DNA from: Escherichia phage vB_Eco_mar001J1
Direction: 5' to 3' (one strand)
Sequence record: NC_048204.1
Length of the DNA: 50,343 bases
Positions 8,810 to 19,077 of the stretch are shown piece after piece. The position numbers and the translations under genes are program-made. The notes beneath the pieces are model-generated. The model made no database searches. It worked only from the letters and a program-made list of their open reading frames with translations, and was not told the DNA's origin. Positions within the stretch are counted from its first letter, which is position 1. Each line of letters begins with the position of its first letter.

Positions 8810-11419
8810 ATGGCAATTTACAGACAAGGCCAAGCGTCTATGGACGCGCAAGGTTATGTAACTGGTTACGACACAAAATGGCGTGAGCAATTAACCTTGA
8901 TTCGCCCAGGTGCGACAATATTTTTTATTGACGCCCCTTTTCAGGCGGCGGTAATCAGTGAGGTTATTAGTGATACGCAAATCCGCGCCATCACAACTGG
9001 CGGATCTGAAATTGCGCGAAGCAATTACATCATTTTACTGCATGACTCGATCACTGTTGACGGTCTGGCGCAAGATGTAGCTGAAACGCTGCGCTACTAT
9101 CAAAGCAAGGAAACGCAGATAGAGGAAGCAATTGAATTTTTCAGGAACTTTGATCTGCAAAAGCTGATTGACTTACGTGATGAAACAGTGAGAAATGCGG
9201 CATCAGCAGCACAAAGCGAACAAAACGCGCAAACATGGGCTGGTCAATCTTTTAATCATGCTGAATCAGCAAAAGGCTACATGCAACAAACGCAACAGAT
9301 CAAAGATTCAGCGGTAGCTGAAATTAACTCGGCGCGAGATAAGGGTGTGCTGACTGTAAACCAGACTAAAGATCAAGCTGTTGTTGAAATGAATCAGATT
9401 AAAAGCGACACATCGTCGCTAAAAAATCAGGCGATTGAGGCTAAAACAGGCGCAGAAAGTGCGCGAGATCAGGCTGCTAACCATTCAGCCAACGCATTGC
9501 AGCAAGCAAACCGCGCCGAAATGGAAGCTGATAGAGCGCATCAAGCGGTTGTAGGTTATCAGGGCTGGAAATACGAAAGAACTGTAAACGCTCCAGCGGG
9601 TGCGGAAGATGCAAAATATTACCCTGTGATCTTCCAAGAAAAGAACGTTGGTGATATGACTAAATTAGGCGTTTTCTTCCAGATCTCAACTAGTAATAGG
9701 AATGGTGATTATCCTTATAATTCAGCGTCATTTGCTGGCTATGCTCGTACTTCTGGATGGTCTGACGGCGTTGATAGCGTTTATGGTAATTTCACCATCT
9801 ATCAGAAAGATGAAAGAACTATTGATTCTATTTTGATGCCAGCGAAAGCAACACAAAAGGCGTTTGCAGTTTACATTCGAGGCGGCGCATTTCCTGTTAG
9901 CATTCACTGTGAAAGCAATGTTGATGTTGTTGTCCCAACATCAGATTATGCGCCAGATGGTTTTGTTGAAAACGCAACAGTTTTTAAGTTTGGTGCGACA
10001 GATCCTGCCGCTGAATGTACAGAAGTAAGGGCAATGGTTTTAACTAACACAGGATTCTATGCGATTAATGATTATGTTATCCGCGATATTCTTTTGTTTA
10101 GGGATGGTCTTGGATTGGGTGAGAGACAAACACCAAGATTTTCCGAACTAGATCTTGTTCGTCAATATGCTGGAGCTGCTGAGCTTAGTGGAATCTTGAA
10201 TTTACACGCAAAGGGTGATGATGGTGTTTCTCGGGGTTATTCTCGGGTATACGCTGAAAAGCAAGGCGGATTATGGAAAACAATAATACATACAGCAAAC
10301 AATGAAGGAGACAAGCACGGATACCTGCAATTTGATGAAAACTCAAAGTTATCAGGTCTAAATCATGTTGAAATCAATGGAACTGGTGGGCTTTACTCTA
10401 ACGGGTGGATTACTGCAAAACAGGCAATGCGAGTTGGCTGCGGAACTGCCGAAGGAGGTAATAAAGATATTTACCTGACAAACGCATCAGGAGATGGTGG
10501 AGCTTATGGATGGGTAAACCTTCTACAAGGCAACTGGTACGGTGGATTCTGGCAATTTGGCGCTGTAAGAGGCGGCGCTGCTGATATAGCCCATGTAAAA
10601 GTATTGATTAATAATCAAGGATCTGACGTTAAAGAGTTTAGATTCCACAATGATTACGGTGGATACATGACTGCGCAGCGTGGTTTTAATGGTCAGTGTG
10701 TACAAGGCGCATGGGGTCTTGAATGGGATCACATGGGGGCGCCATACTACGCAAACTCAGTTACAAACAATGACTCTGGTTGGAGTCCTGTTGTTTCTGG
10801 TGGCTCTTTATCAACTGGCGGTTATCATATGCGAGTTGGGCTTGGTGTTGCATCAAACGGAAATGCCGCGTGGCCTGATGTAGCGCTAAAGTTAAATGGT
10901 GATGGTCGTTCTCATCGTGCTTATCATTTTACATATGATGGTGACATTACTACATGGGAGCAAGGTTTCGGCGGAGGTGCTTTTATTTTCGCAAAAAACC
11001 CAACGTCCGATCGTGATTTGAAACACGACATTAAATACACAGACGGAAAGGAAAGCTACGATCGCGTAATGCAATGGTTGCCTGCTATGTTTAAATATAA
11101 CGGATCTGATGTTCAACGTTTTGGCCTGATAGCTCAAGATCTGTTAAAAATCGATCCACAATATGTAAAGCTAGTTCCAGGCTCGCCGGTATTTGAGGAT
11201 GTGATTGGAGTTGATGAAAATGGTGAGGAATACATTGATCGTCAGATTGAAACTGACAGAAATGATGACACATTGGCGCTAGATAGCAATGTTATGCTAA
11301 CAGATATGGCTTGCGCTATGGTCTACATGGGGGGAAAAATTGAGAAAATGGAGAAAGAGATAGATGATCTAAGAAAAGCGGTAGCGAAATTAATCAACAA
11401 TCCAACAGATACAGACTAA
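8810..11419 (+). CDS. Side tail fibre with C-terminal intramolecular chaperone (peptidase S74-like) domain
   Basis: Gln/Ala-rich coiled N-terminal region, long fibre-like body, C-terminal segment typical of autocleaving chaperone domains; AGGAGG RBS. Confidence 0.7.
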   Translation: MAIYRQGQASMDAQGYVTGYDTKWREQLTLIRPGATIFFIDAPFQAAVISEVISDTQIRAITTGGSEIARSNYIILLHDSITVDGLAQDVAETLRYYQSKETQIEEAIEFFRNFDLQKLIDLRDETVRNAASAAQSEQNAQTWAGQSFNHAESAKGYMQQTQQIKDSAVAEINSARDKGVLTVNQTKDQAVVEMNQIKSDTSSLKNQAIEAKTGAESARDQAANHSANALQQANRAEMEADRAHQAVVGYQGWKYERTVNAPAGAEDAKYYPVIFQEKNVGDMTKLGVFFQISTSNRNGDYPYNSASFAGYARTSGWSDGVDSVYGNFTIYQKDERTIDSILMPAKATQKAFAVYIRGGAFPVSIHCESNVDVVVPTSDYAPDGFVENATVFKFGATDPAAECTEVRAMVLTNTGFYAINDYVIRDILLFRDGLGLGERQTPRFSELDLVRQYAGAAELSGILNLHAKGDDGVSRGYSRVYAEKQGGLWKTIIHTANNEGDKHGYLQFDENSKLSGLNHVEINGTGGLYSNGWITAKQAMRVGCGTAEGGNKDIYLTNASGDGGAYGWVNLLQGNWYGGFWQFGAVRGGAADIAHVKVLINNQGSDVKEFRFHNDYGGYMTAQRGFNGQCVQGAWGLEWDHMGAPYYANSVTNNDSGWSPVVSGGSLSTGGYHMRVGLGVASNGNAAWPDVALKLNGDGRSHRAYHFTYDGDITTWEQGFGGGAFIFAKNPTSDRDLKHDIKYTDGKESYDRVMQWLPAMFKYNGSDVQRFGLIAQDLLKIDPQYVKLVPGSPVFEDVIGVDENGEEYIDRQIETDRNDDTLALDSNVMLTDMACAMVYMGGKIEKMEKEIDDLRKAVAKLINNPTDTD

Positions 11420-11450
11420 AAAAAAAGCCCCGCACATGCGGGGCTTTTTA
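11419..11450. terminator. Bidirectional terminator between convergent tail-fibre and SSB genes
   Basis: AGCCCCGC acat GCGGGGCT flanked by A-run and T-run. Confidence 0.8.
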
Positions 11451-11897
11451 TCAGAAAGGTATATCATCATCAAAGTCAATCGGCGGCTGATTGCTTTGCT
11501 GTGGTTGCTGTTGAGGGATTTGTTGCTGTTGTGGCTGCCCCCATCCACCTTGAGTGCGCTGCTGATATTGTTGCTGGCTTTCCCCACGCTGGCTAAATAG
11601 CAAATTTGCAAATCCGACAGGCTGCACGGTGCTGTAAATCTTTCCGTTGTATTCTCGCGTTTCAACTCGCAAGGTATCGCAGGAAACAGAAATAACCTTG
11701 CCTACCTGGAACGCATCAGCATACCAACCATTCAGGCCGTCTGTTTTCGCGTTAAAGAAAAATACATAGTTTGTATACTGCCAATTGCCTTCACGGTCTT
11801 TATATCGTTCGGAAAGCTCAACAACATATAGCGTGCTTCCGTTAGGCATTTGCTTTACTTTTGGCTCTTTTCGAATCTCACCTGTAATAACGTGCAT
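11451..11897 (-). CDS. ssb: Single-stranded DNA-binding protein
   Basis: Gln/Pro-rich linker and acidic tail DFDDDIPF identical in type to E. coli SSB tip; AGGAGA RBS. Confidence 0.85.
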   Translation of the reverse strand: MHVITGEIRKEPKVKQMPNGSTLYVVELSERYKDREGNWQYTNYVFFFNAKTDGLNGWYADAFQVGKVISVSCDTLRVETREYNGKIYSTVQPVGFANLLFSQRGESQQQYQQRTQGGWGQPQQQQIPQQQPQQSNQPPIDFDDDIPF

Positions 11898-11911
11898 TTT
11901 GTTTTCTCCTA

Positions 11912-11939
11912 TGACAAAAGGGGCGCAAGCGCCCCGTTT
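11912..11939 (-). terminator. Stem-loop or attenuator between erf and ssb
   Basis: GGGGCGC aa GCGCCCC followed by TTTT on minus strand. Confidence 0.5.
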
Positions 11940-11940
11940 A

Positions 11941-12609
<669 letters not shown>

Positions 12610-12639
12610 TTATCTGGTTGGCGAATTATATCACCAACC

Positions 12640-12662
12640 ATTATAAAAGTTTAGCTATTTGT
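12640..12662 (-). repeat. Degenerate cassette copy (AAATAGCTAAACTTTTATAATGG) upstream of erf
   Basis: Shares the AAATAGC head and contains TATAAT; spacing differs from the canonical cassette. Confidence 0.35.
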
Positions 12663-12670
12663 TTAGTTTG

Positions 12671-13726
12671 TCATAGATACTGCCTGAATTGAGCGCGCAC
12701 CCAATCAGGAGTATCAAGATCAATTTCTGGTTGCCCGTTTGCATACGAAGGCCATTCATCTAACTGTTGGCAAACGTTGAACTTGTTGATCACGCTCATG
12801 TACTGGATGCGCCCGATCTTCAATTGCTCAATGTTCATGCGGAATGCGAGCGGCAAGTAAGGCTCTTTCTTCTCTTGAGCAAGCAATCTCACAATTACTG
12901 GCCTTTCCTCGTCTGGATACGCCTTTTTGAATAAATCATGCTGCAAAGCCATTTTGAGATAATAGCCGTGATTGTAAGCCAGGCGCTGGAAGTCAACCGG
13001 ATTTGCGCTAACCGTTGTTTTATAGTCAGTGATAATCACAGCTTCTGGATAGATGACTTCTTCATAAATCGGTCTGCCTTTTTCGTCGTAACCGTTAATG
13101 ATTGTGGCCTTTACATCCTTGTTTACGTCAACGTGATCAAGGCGCACTTTAACTTTTACGCCATTGATGATCCCGAATATTGACATTTCACGCTGCGCGG
13201 TTGGGCTATTCATGCAAGCATTATGCTCAGGTATTGCCTCAAGTACGCGCCGCATCGCTACACAGGCATCGTAATCTTTCGCGTCGATTAACTGCACTCC
13301 GTCCGCTGCGGCCTGGCATTCTGCCATCATTTCGATAAGCCACCATACATTGAGATCCTCACCGCACTTGTACAGCATTTCCAGCAATTCAGGGTACTGC
13401 TTACCAGTCGTACCTTTCAGGCCAAAAGATTTCAGCTTTGAGGCCAACGCCGTTTGACTTGTGATCAGATCTTTAAAGTCATCCTGCGACGGTGCGCGGC
13501 GATATGTTTTTTCGAATAACTCCTTGCTTTCAAAATTGGTATGCGACTGCGTACCGAAAACAAGTGCCTTAGTTTCCTGGCGAGGCTTGTACTTCCAGTA
13601 CGCCGGGCAAGTGCTGTAAATCTCCGCCAAGCTGGAACCGCTGACGTATTCAGCCGTCCACGCGTTAGGATCATGATAAAGCTCATTGCTCATTTCTTCG
13701 CTAGTGTAGGCGTTAAAATCACTCAT
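12671..13726 (-). CDS. PD-(D/E)XK recombination exonuclease (RecB/Cas4-like fold)
   Basis: ITDYKTT and QRLAYNHGYYLK motifs; AAGGAG RBS. Confidence 0.65.
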   Translation of the reverse strand: MSDFNAYTSEEMSNELYHDPNAWTAEYVSGSSLAEIYSTCPAYWKYKPRQETKALVFGTQSHTNFESKELFEKTYRRAPSQDDFKDLITSQTALASKLKSFGLKGTTGKQYPELLEMLYKCGEDLNVWWLIEMMAECQAAADGVQLIDAKDYDACVAMRRVLEAIPEHNACMNSPTAQREMSIFGIINGVKVKVRLDHVDVNKDVKATIINGYDEKGRPIYEEVIYPEAVIITDYKTTVSANPVDFQRLAYNHGYYLKMALQHDLFKKAYPDEERPVIVRLLAQEKKEPYLPLAFRMNIEQLKIGRIQYMSVINKFNVCQQLDEWPSYANGQPEIDLDTPDWVRAQFRQYL

Positions 13727-13756
13727 CTTTGATGCTCCTTGTTGCTTTGTGTGTGC

Positions 13757-13784
13757 ATTGTAGCCATTTGGTTGATTTAGTCAA
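13757..13784 (-). promoter_or_regulatory. Sigma70-type promoter for the exo-erf-ssb operon (TTGACT, 16-bp spacer, TACAAT)
   Basis: Near-consensus hexamers read on minus strand about 30 bp upstream of exonuclease ATG. Confidence 0.55.
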
Positions 13785-14070
13785 TAGTTGTTTTGTTTTT
13801 TCTGTTTTCTAAACGTTCTTAGATTGCAAGAAAACAAATTTGAAACGTAAGTCAATGATTAATATGTGTTATTTTTCTTGCTCCCTTGTTCTCTCAGATA
13901 CGCCGGATTATATACATACACATGAATGATGGCACATACAGATGCTCATAAAGAAAATCACCACAAACAACCAAAACCACAAGAAACACAGATAACAAGA
14001 AAAAACAAATATACATACATAAATAAATAAACTATTGATTTTATATGTATATATCTATTTTATTGATTGC
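13757..14070. repeat. Divergent control region A, homologous to 42893-43200
   Basis: Shared blocks in the same order: AGCYATTTGGT..GTCAAT, CGCCGGA..TATATACATA, CAACCA..AACA..TAAATAAATAA..TTTTAT. Confidence 0.6.
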
Positions 14071-14152
14071 TTATTGCCCTTATTTTGGCTAAAATTTGCG
14101 CTAAATTTACGCCGTCTTAAATTCGATAACACCGAAAAACAAAAAATAACAA

Positions 14153-14195
14153 GTAGCACTTTTTGCTAAACGCCGCTTGTCGGATCGTGTATAGT
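14153..14195 (+). promoter_or_regulatory. Cassette promoter variant (TAGCACTTTTTGCTAAAC, TATAGT)
   Basis: One-base shorter A-run; TATAGT 21 bp after TTGCTA; upstream of lipoprotein gene. Confidence 0.45.
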
Positions 14196-14226
14196 TACAG
14201 GCAACGACAACTAAGGAGTATTGAAG

Positions 14227-14496
14227 ATGAAAAAATTAATCGCAGTTATCGCCACCGTAGCCGCTCTGACCGGGTGCGCAGCGTCTCCTACTGGCAACTT
14301 CAATGAGATCGACTGCACGGCAAAATTTAACGTTAAAACATTCCCTGTTAACGGATTCCATGAAGTTAAAATTAATGCAGTACGCGAAAACAGATTCAGC
14401 CAAAAGCAATACAGGTTGAGCGTTGACAATAAAGAAGTTAAATTTATCAACCGTTGGCAAAATGAAAGTAAATTTATTGATTTGAGGTGTAATTAA
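14227..14496 (+). CDS. Small lipoprotein, candidate Cor/Llp-type superinfection-exclusion protein
   Basis: Signal peptide with lipobox ALTGC; AAGGAG RBS; locus is convergent with tail gene J. Confidence 0.5.
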   Translation: MKKLIAVIATVAALTGCAASPTGNFNEIDCTAKFNVKTFPVNGFHEVKINAVRENRFSQKQYRLSVDNKEVKFINRWQNESKFIDLRCN

Positions 14497-14774
14497 TGGC
14501 GCAATATGGTTATGCAATATATGACGATCGAGGAAGGGAAGTTACAGGACTTTTAACGCCTGTTTTCTTCCTTGATAAATTCACTCAGCCATCAGGTAGC
14601 AAGACTTACCAAAACAGGCCGCCAGGTAAATCATTGAAAGCAATATATGTTGGCATGAATTCCTGGCGTGGTGGCGACCCTGGAGCACCAAACTTAGGGG
14701 TAAGTGGCGACACCGTTACATGGAGTGGGCTTTATGGATCTGATTCAAGATATATATATACTTTTTGGGGGTGA
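14496..14774 (+). CDS. Hypothetical protein (92 aa), possible receptor-binding locus component
   Basis: GAGGTG RBS, start overlaps lipoprotein stop. Confidence 0.45.
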   Translation: MAQYGYAIYDDRGREVTGLLTPVFFLDKFTQPSGSKTYQNRPPGKSLKAIYVGMNSWRGGDPGAPNLGVSGDTVTWSGLYGSDSRYIYTFWG

Positions 14775-14776
14775 TA

Positions 14777-15391
14777 ATGTACGGGATGAGTATAAAAAAA
14801 TCAGACGGATCGTTATGGTTAAGTCCAGATTTCACTCCAGTTAATCTAATTGATCGGGCAGTAATATCTGCTAATACCGGAACCGTTTTTACTTCGTCAA
14901 TTCCTGTTGATAGGGTATGTTTTTTCTTTGTTAGATTGACTGCTAAATCATACATATCATTTACGCAATTTAACAATGGTGGAAGGCACGCAATAAGAAT
15001 TGATAGATCTGATAATCAAGGGGAGGTTATTGTTTATGCTTTTAGTAACATGGTGACTCCTCCAGGTAGTCACGGCATAGCGTTTTATAACGCTCATGGT
15101 GAAATGGTTTATCATGGAAAAATGAGGCCGCTTGATGCAAAGCAAGTTGGTGTGAGCGGGATCGCGTTTGATGTTAACCTGGGCTACCCTTGCGCAATAA
15201 TGCCATCACTAACAGCGTTAAACTCTGTACCTAATCCGGCTTTAGGTGGATTTATGATTTTTGAGTCTCAAGCTGCCGCGTATGGTAACGGGATCTACTC
15301 TTTTTCCAGGCAGGTTGCACAAACCCCTGGACCTGTTGGTATTTACACCGCCTCATCTGTTTTGGTTATAAATGCATCACACTATGATTAA
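14777..15391 (+). CDS. Hypothetical protein (204 aa), possible receptor-binding protein
   Basis: Track ORF starts at TTG; first ATG is 14777; position next to J and lipoprotein. Confidence 0.4.
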   Translation: MYGMSIKKSDGSLWLSPDFTPVNLIDRAVISANTGTVFTSSIPVDRVCFFFVRLTAKSYISFTQFNNGGRHAIRIDRSDNQGEVIVYAFSNMVTPPGSHGIAFYNAHGEMVYHGKMRPLDAKQVGVSGIAFDVNLGYPCAIMPSLTALNSVPNPALGGFMIFESQAAAYGNGIYSFSRQVAQTPGPVGIYTASSVLVINASHYD

Positions 15392-15424
15392 AATTAAAGG
15401 GGGCTATGCCCCCCCTTTTTTTTA
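15392..15424. terminator. Bidirectional terminator between convergent genes
   Basis: GGGGGC tat GCCCCC followed by an 8-nt T-run. Confidence 0.8.
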
Positions 15425-18400
15425 CCAGCTTCCCGTAATCCTTCCGACTTCAACCCTCAATACTCCGTTTGCATCTTTTACCTTCAATCCTTCGTTGGTG
15501 AATTTAGTAGCTCCCTCTCCTGGAGTTGATCCGTAGTTTTCAAATATTCCGTTTTTATCAAGCCTCCAACCTTGCTGATTTTGAACAAAATTGTTTGACT
15601 GAATAACATTTCCAATCATGGCATTCGTTATGGACCCGTTTTTCACTAACAAGCTGTTAATGAAAACTTGGTTGTTTTCAACAACGAAAGGCAATGTAAA
15701 CGTACCGCCCGTAGAGCTAGTCATGATCGCGAACCTGTTAGCATCGAACAAGATTTGCGAGATCAGGCCTTGAGAAGATTGCGACAACTGCATGATCATG
15801 CCTGCGCTGTACTTCTGCCCCTTGTAAGTAAGGCCCAATTTCATAGCGTACTTAGCGCCAACCGAATCAACGTTGGCCCACGAATCAAGTTTTTGAGCTA
15901 ATGCAGATTCAACGTCTCCAAATTTGGCTGTTAAAGCCTGGTCAGCCTGAACCCTTGCCTCTGTCTCATTGGCGATCGCCTGTTTCACTTCTGAGATGTC
16001 AGCCTCGACTTCTGTTTTGATAACTCCGTCAAGGTCGTTTATCTCTTTCGTGAACTTAGCGTCAAGCTGCTGAACGGCCTGAGCGCGCGCTTCTGATTCA
16101 TTGGCAATGGTTTGCCTTACCTCGCCAATACTTGCAGCCGTATCTCGTTTTACGCCGTCTATTTCCTTCGTAAATTTAGAATCAAGCTGCTGAACTTGAG
16201 TAGCTCGCGTCTCTGATTCGTTGGCAATCGCTTCCTGAACGGTTTTGATACTTGAAACTATATCTTCATCAATTGACGCCCTTAACTCTTCGATTTGAGT
16301 TACGCGCGCCTCCGTTTCGGTAGCAATAAGCTCCAGTGCATGACCATATTCAGCCTTACGCTTTCCGTTTTGTACTCGCGTCCACTTCACATCAGCATCG
16401 TTTGCCAATGCGTTCTGGATGATTGATTGCGCCTGGTCTTTGATTTTGTTTGCACTGTCTATGGCGTTCTCTTTGATTTCTTGGCCCGCTTCGGTATCAA
16501 AAATCTTGTCCAGAATGTCGCCTAAAACAGATTCAACATCATCTGACGCCATGCCGCGAACAAAGTCAGTCCAGCCGGAAACGTTGCCGATCCTGTCAAC
16601 GCTACGGATTCTATACCATACAACTTGACCAGCTGGTAACGTGCTATGCCAATACTCATATTGAGGATATGGAATCAGCGTAAGCAGGCTTGAGTTTTCA
16701 ACCGTTCCGTCTGGAGATTGGTGAAGCTCAATGTAAGCCGTATCGCCTGATCCTTCCGGCATACCCCATTTGACACGAATGCCAAAAACTTCATTATCAG
16801 AAGCTGTAAGATTAATCGGCGCTCCTGGCTCGCCAACTTTACCTGTCAAGGTGGCGGTTGCAATCTTTGACCACGGGGAGGTGTTACCGCTTGCAGAAAC
16901 AGATCTAACCCTTACTTGATAGTTCCCTGAATAAATTCCTTCTACCTCTATCTCTTTGTTAGCTGTCTGCGGCGTATTCAGCCAGTTGCCATCACCTTTT
17001 CGCCACTGCATTTCATAAAGAGATGCGTAAGGAACCTTATCCCATGAAACAACCATAGTCTCAACGCTAACGCCCTGCACGACGCGAGAATAAGATGAGA
17101 TCTGCACGTTCTCAGGCGCTACCATCATGTCAGGCTGAACAATTGAAGTTGGTCTGTCATCAATGTTTACGCCATAATCAATCTCGTCGTATTTGTTCGG
17201 ATCGTACTCTACAGCCGTGATTGAATAGGTAAACTCGTTTTCGTCATCACCCTTGCTGATAGTTGTCACAACGTATTGCTGCAACGCAAGGTCAGTACGG
17301 TCAATCGCAAAAACAGTGTCAGGCTTAACATCAAAACCAAATCCAATATTTAACTCAATGGTTTTTCCGTCTGCGCTAACCTTTGAGATCGTGCGCTTAA
17401 CTGGCTTGCCGTCCGGCTTGTTGATGATAATAAAATCACCAGGACGAGCATCAACCTTAAACGGAACGAAAACCTGCAATCCTGAAACTTCCATCACTCG
17501 GCCCGATAGGTTTAACGTTAGGTTGCTGCTCTGAAAATTATCAGCGATAGCAATCACATCACCTATTGATGGAATCATCCCCTCTAGTCCGGTAGCAAAG
17601 TTTACAGTAGTGCTTCTAAGGTTTGTTTTCAAAACCCACCTACCGCGACGATTCGCTTCGCTCCTGCGTGTGCACCCGATCGCTGTAATGCTTGTTGGAT
17701 TGTATCCAAATCGTAATGCAGCCTCAGTATCAAAAACCCCCTCTACGTCCTGCTGATACATGTTTTGTTCGTCGTCAAACGTCACGTTACACTGCGTGTA
17801 CATGCTTTTTTCGCTTGCGGTTGTGTACTGAAAATCACCGTTGATGACGTTTTCATTAGTAAACACGTATGATGGATCGCGCGGCTTATCAATCACGATT
17901 GATAAACTCTCACCATTCCAAAAGCTCATTCCGCGAAAGATTGAGCAAATGTCACGGATTAGCTGATAAGCCTCAACCTGATTCTGGATCACCACATCGC
18001 ATAGGTAGCGAGGCTCTGTACCGCCCTTACCGTCTGGAACTTTCTGATCACAGTAAACGCCTGCTTCGTATAAGCTCCACTTGTCGATCTGTATTCCTAA
18101 CTCTCGCTGGTCAAGCCCATAACGCTGATTCGTCACCAGATCATAAAGAACCCATGCAGGATTATTTGACCACGCTTTTTTAAAAGTCCCATCCCATGAC
18201 CCGTGATATTCTCTTGATATTGGATCATAGTTGCTTGGCACATTAATAATCTTCCATTTCTTTTTTATAGAAATGTTAGGGATTTGTGTAGGAAACAATT
18301 CGCTGTCAAATTCTACAAATACAAGGCCAGTCAGAGGATAACGGAATTTTGCATCCACAACCTCAGCGTAACTTTGCAGTTTGATTTTATCAGTCACCTT

Positions 18401-19000
18401 TGAAGATGTGCTATCTGGAGTCAGTCGCTTGACTCTGATTAAAACGCGCTCCTCAAACTTAGGAAGATCAATCCTTCTGCTGCGGTCATATCCTGATCTC
18501 GTCTTGCCGTCAATTACATCTCTCATAACCTCGTTATAAGAACCGCCATCAACAGCCATATCTACGGCATATTGAACCCTTACGCCAACAAGATCGCCGT
18601 TATCCTCCTGCTTCATGCCAACTGGCATCAGAATCTTGATTCTGATTGCAGAAAGATTTTTGTTTGTCACAGATATAACATAAGGATTGTCTGCTGTAAT
18701 ATCTCGCGAAACTGTCACCTCGCTTGATGTGTCAGTAAACCCCTGGATGTAATCTTGCGTCTGCGTACCTGGTCGATATTCAGCCGTAACTCCCTCGTAG
18801 TTAACAGTGCCATCGCTGGCAATAACCGGAACATCATCAAGATAAAGATCGCGCAACGTGAAATTTGGATCGCACTCGCCATCAGATACAGCAAGCAAAA
18901 CTTTAATCTTATTTATCGAGATCAGGTTATCTTCCATCTCTTTTGGCACGTAGGGCTTTTGACCGCCCCCTTTACTGCCACTTATCATATATTTAGCCAT
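15422..19000 (-). CDS. J: Central tail fibre / host specificity protein J
   Basis: N-terminal and body similarity to lambda gpJ (SGSKGGG..., VPSNYDP...SWDGTFK), fibronectin-like region; start set at MAKY. Confidence 0.85.
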   Translation of the reverse strand: MAKYMISGSKGGGQKPYVPKEMEDNLISINKIKVLLAVSDGECDPNFTLRDLYLDDVPVIASDGTVNYEGVTAEYRPGTQTQDYIQGFTDTSSEVTVSRDITADNPYVISVTNKNLSAIRIKILMPVGMKQEDNGDLVGVRVQYAVDMAVDGGSYNEVMRDVIDGKTRSGYDRSRRIDLPKFEERVLIRVKRLTPDSTSSKVTDKIKLQSYAEVVDAKFRYPLTGLVFVEFDSELFPTQIPNISIKKKWKIINVPSNYDPISREYHGSWDGTFKKAWSNNPAWVLYDLVTNQRYGLDQRELGIQIDKWSLYEAGVYCDQKVPDGKGGTEPRYLCDVVIQNQVEAYQLIRDICSIFRGMSFWNGESLSIVIDKPRDPSYVFTNENVINGDFQYTTASEKSMYTQCNVTFDDEQNMYQQDVEGVFDTEAALRFGYNPTSITAIGCTRRSEANRRGRWVLKTNLRSTTVNFATGLEGMIPSIGDVIAIADNFQSSNLTLNLSGRVMEVSGLQVFVPFKVDARPGDFIIINKPDGKPVKRTISKVSADGKTIELNIGFGFDVKPDTVFAIDRTDLALQQYVVTTISKGDDENEFTYSITAVEYDPNKYDEIDYGVNIDDRPTSIVQPDMMVAPENVQISSYSRVVQGVSVETMVVSWDKVPYASLYEMQWRKGDGNWLNTPQTANKEIEVEGIYSGNYQVRVRSVSASGNTSPWSKIATATLTGKVGEPGAPINLTASDNEVFGIRVKWGMPEGSGDTAYIELHQSPDGTVENSSLLTLIPYPQYEYWHSTLPAGQVVWYRIRSVDRIGNVSGWTDFVRGMASDDVESVLGDILDKIFDTEAGQEIKENAIDSANKIKDQAQSIIQNALANDADVKWTRVQNGKRKAEYGHALELIATETEARVTQIEELRASIDEDIVSSIKTVQEAIANESETRATQVQQLDSKFTKEIDGVKRDTAASIGEVRQTIANESEARAQAVQQLDAKFTKEINDLDGVIKTEVEADISEVKQAIANETEARVQADQALTAKFGDVESALAQKLDSWANVDSVGAKYAMKLGLTYKGQKYSAGMIMQLSQSSQGLISQILFDANRFAIMTSSTGGTFTLPFVVENNQVFINSLLVKNGSITNAMIGNVIQSNNFVQNQQGWRLDKNGIFENYGSTPGEGATKFTNEGLKVKDANGVLRVEVGRITGSW

Positions 19001-19036
19001 GACTTTTAACCTTTTGTGCTGTTTCTTGGTTTGCAC

Positions 19037-19065
19037 ATTATAAAGGCACAAAAAAACCAGCGCAA
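19037..19065 (-). promoter_or_regulatory. Sigma70-type promoter candidate for J (TTGCGC, 17-bp spacer, TATAAT)
   Basis: Perfect TATAAT; -35 lies in the 3' arm of the upstream terminator hairpin. Confidence 0.4.
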
Positions 19066-19071
19066 TGCTGG
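19049..19071 (-). terminator. Rho-independent terminator between HNH gene and J
   Basis: CCAGC...GCTGG stem followed by a 7-nt T-run on minus strand. Confidence 0.65.
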
Positions 19072-19077
19072 TTAAAT

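Noticed and set aside
13727-14226. tRNA or other structured RNA gene in the large intergenic regions (also 42862-43553 and 37430-37591)
   Set aside because: No cloverleaf-compatible stems with conserved T-loop/anticodon features were recognisable by eye; this cannot be excluded without tRNAscan-SE or Infernal.
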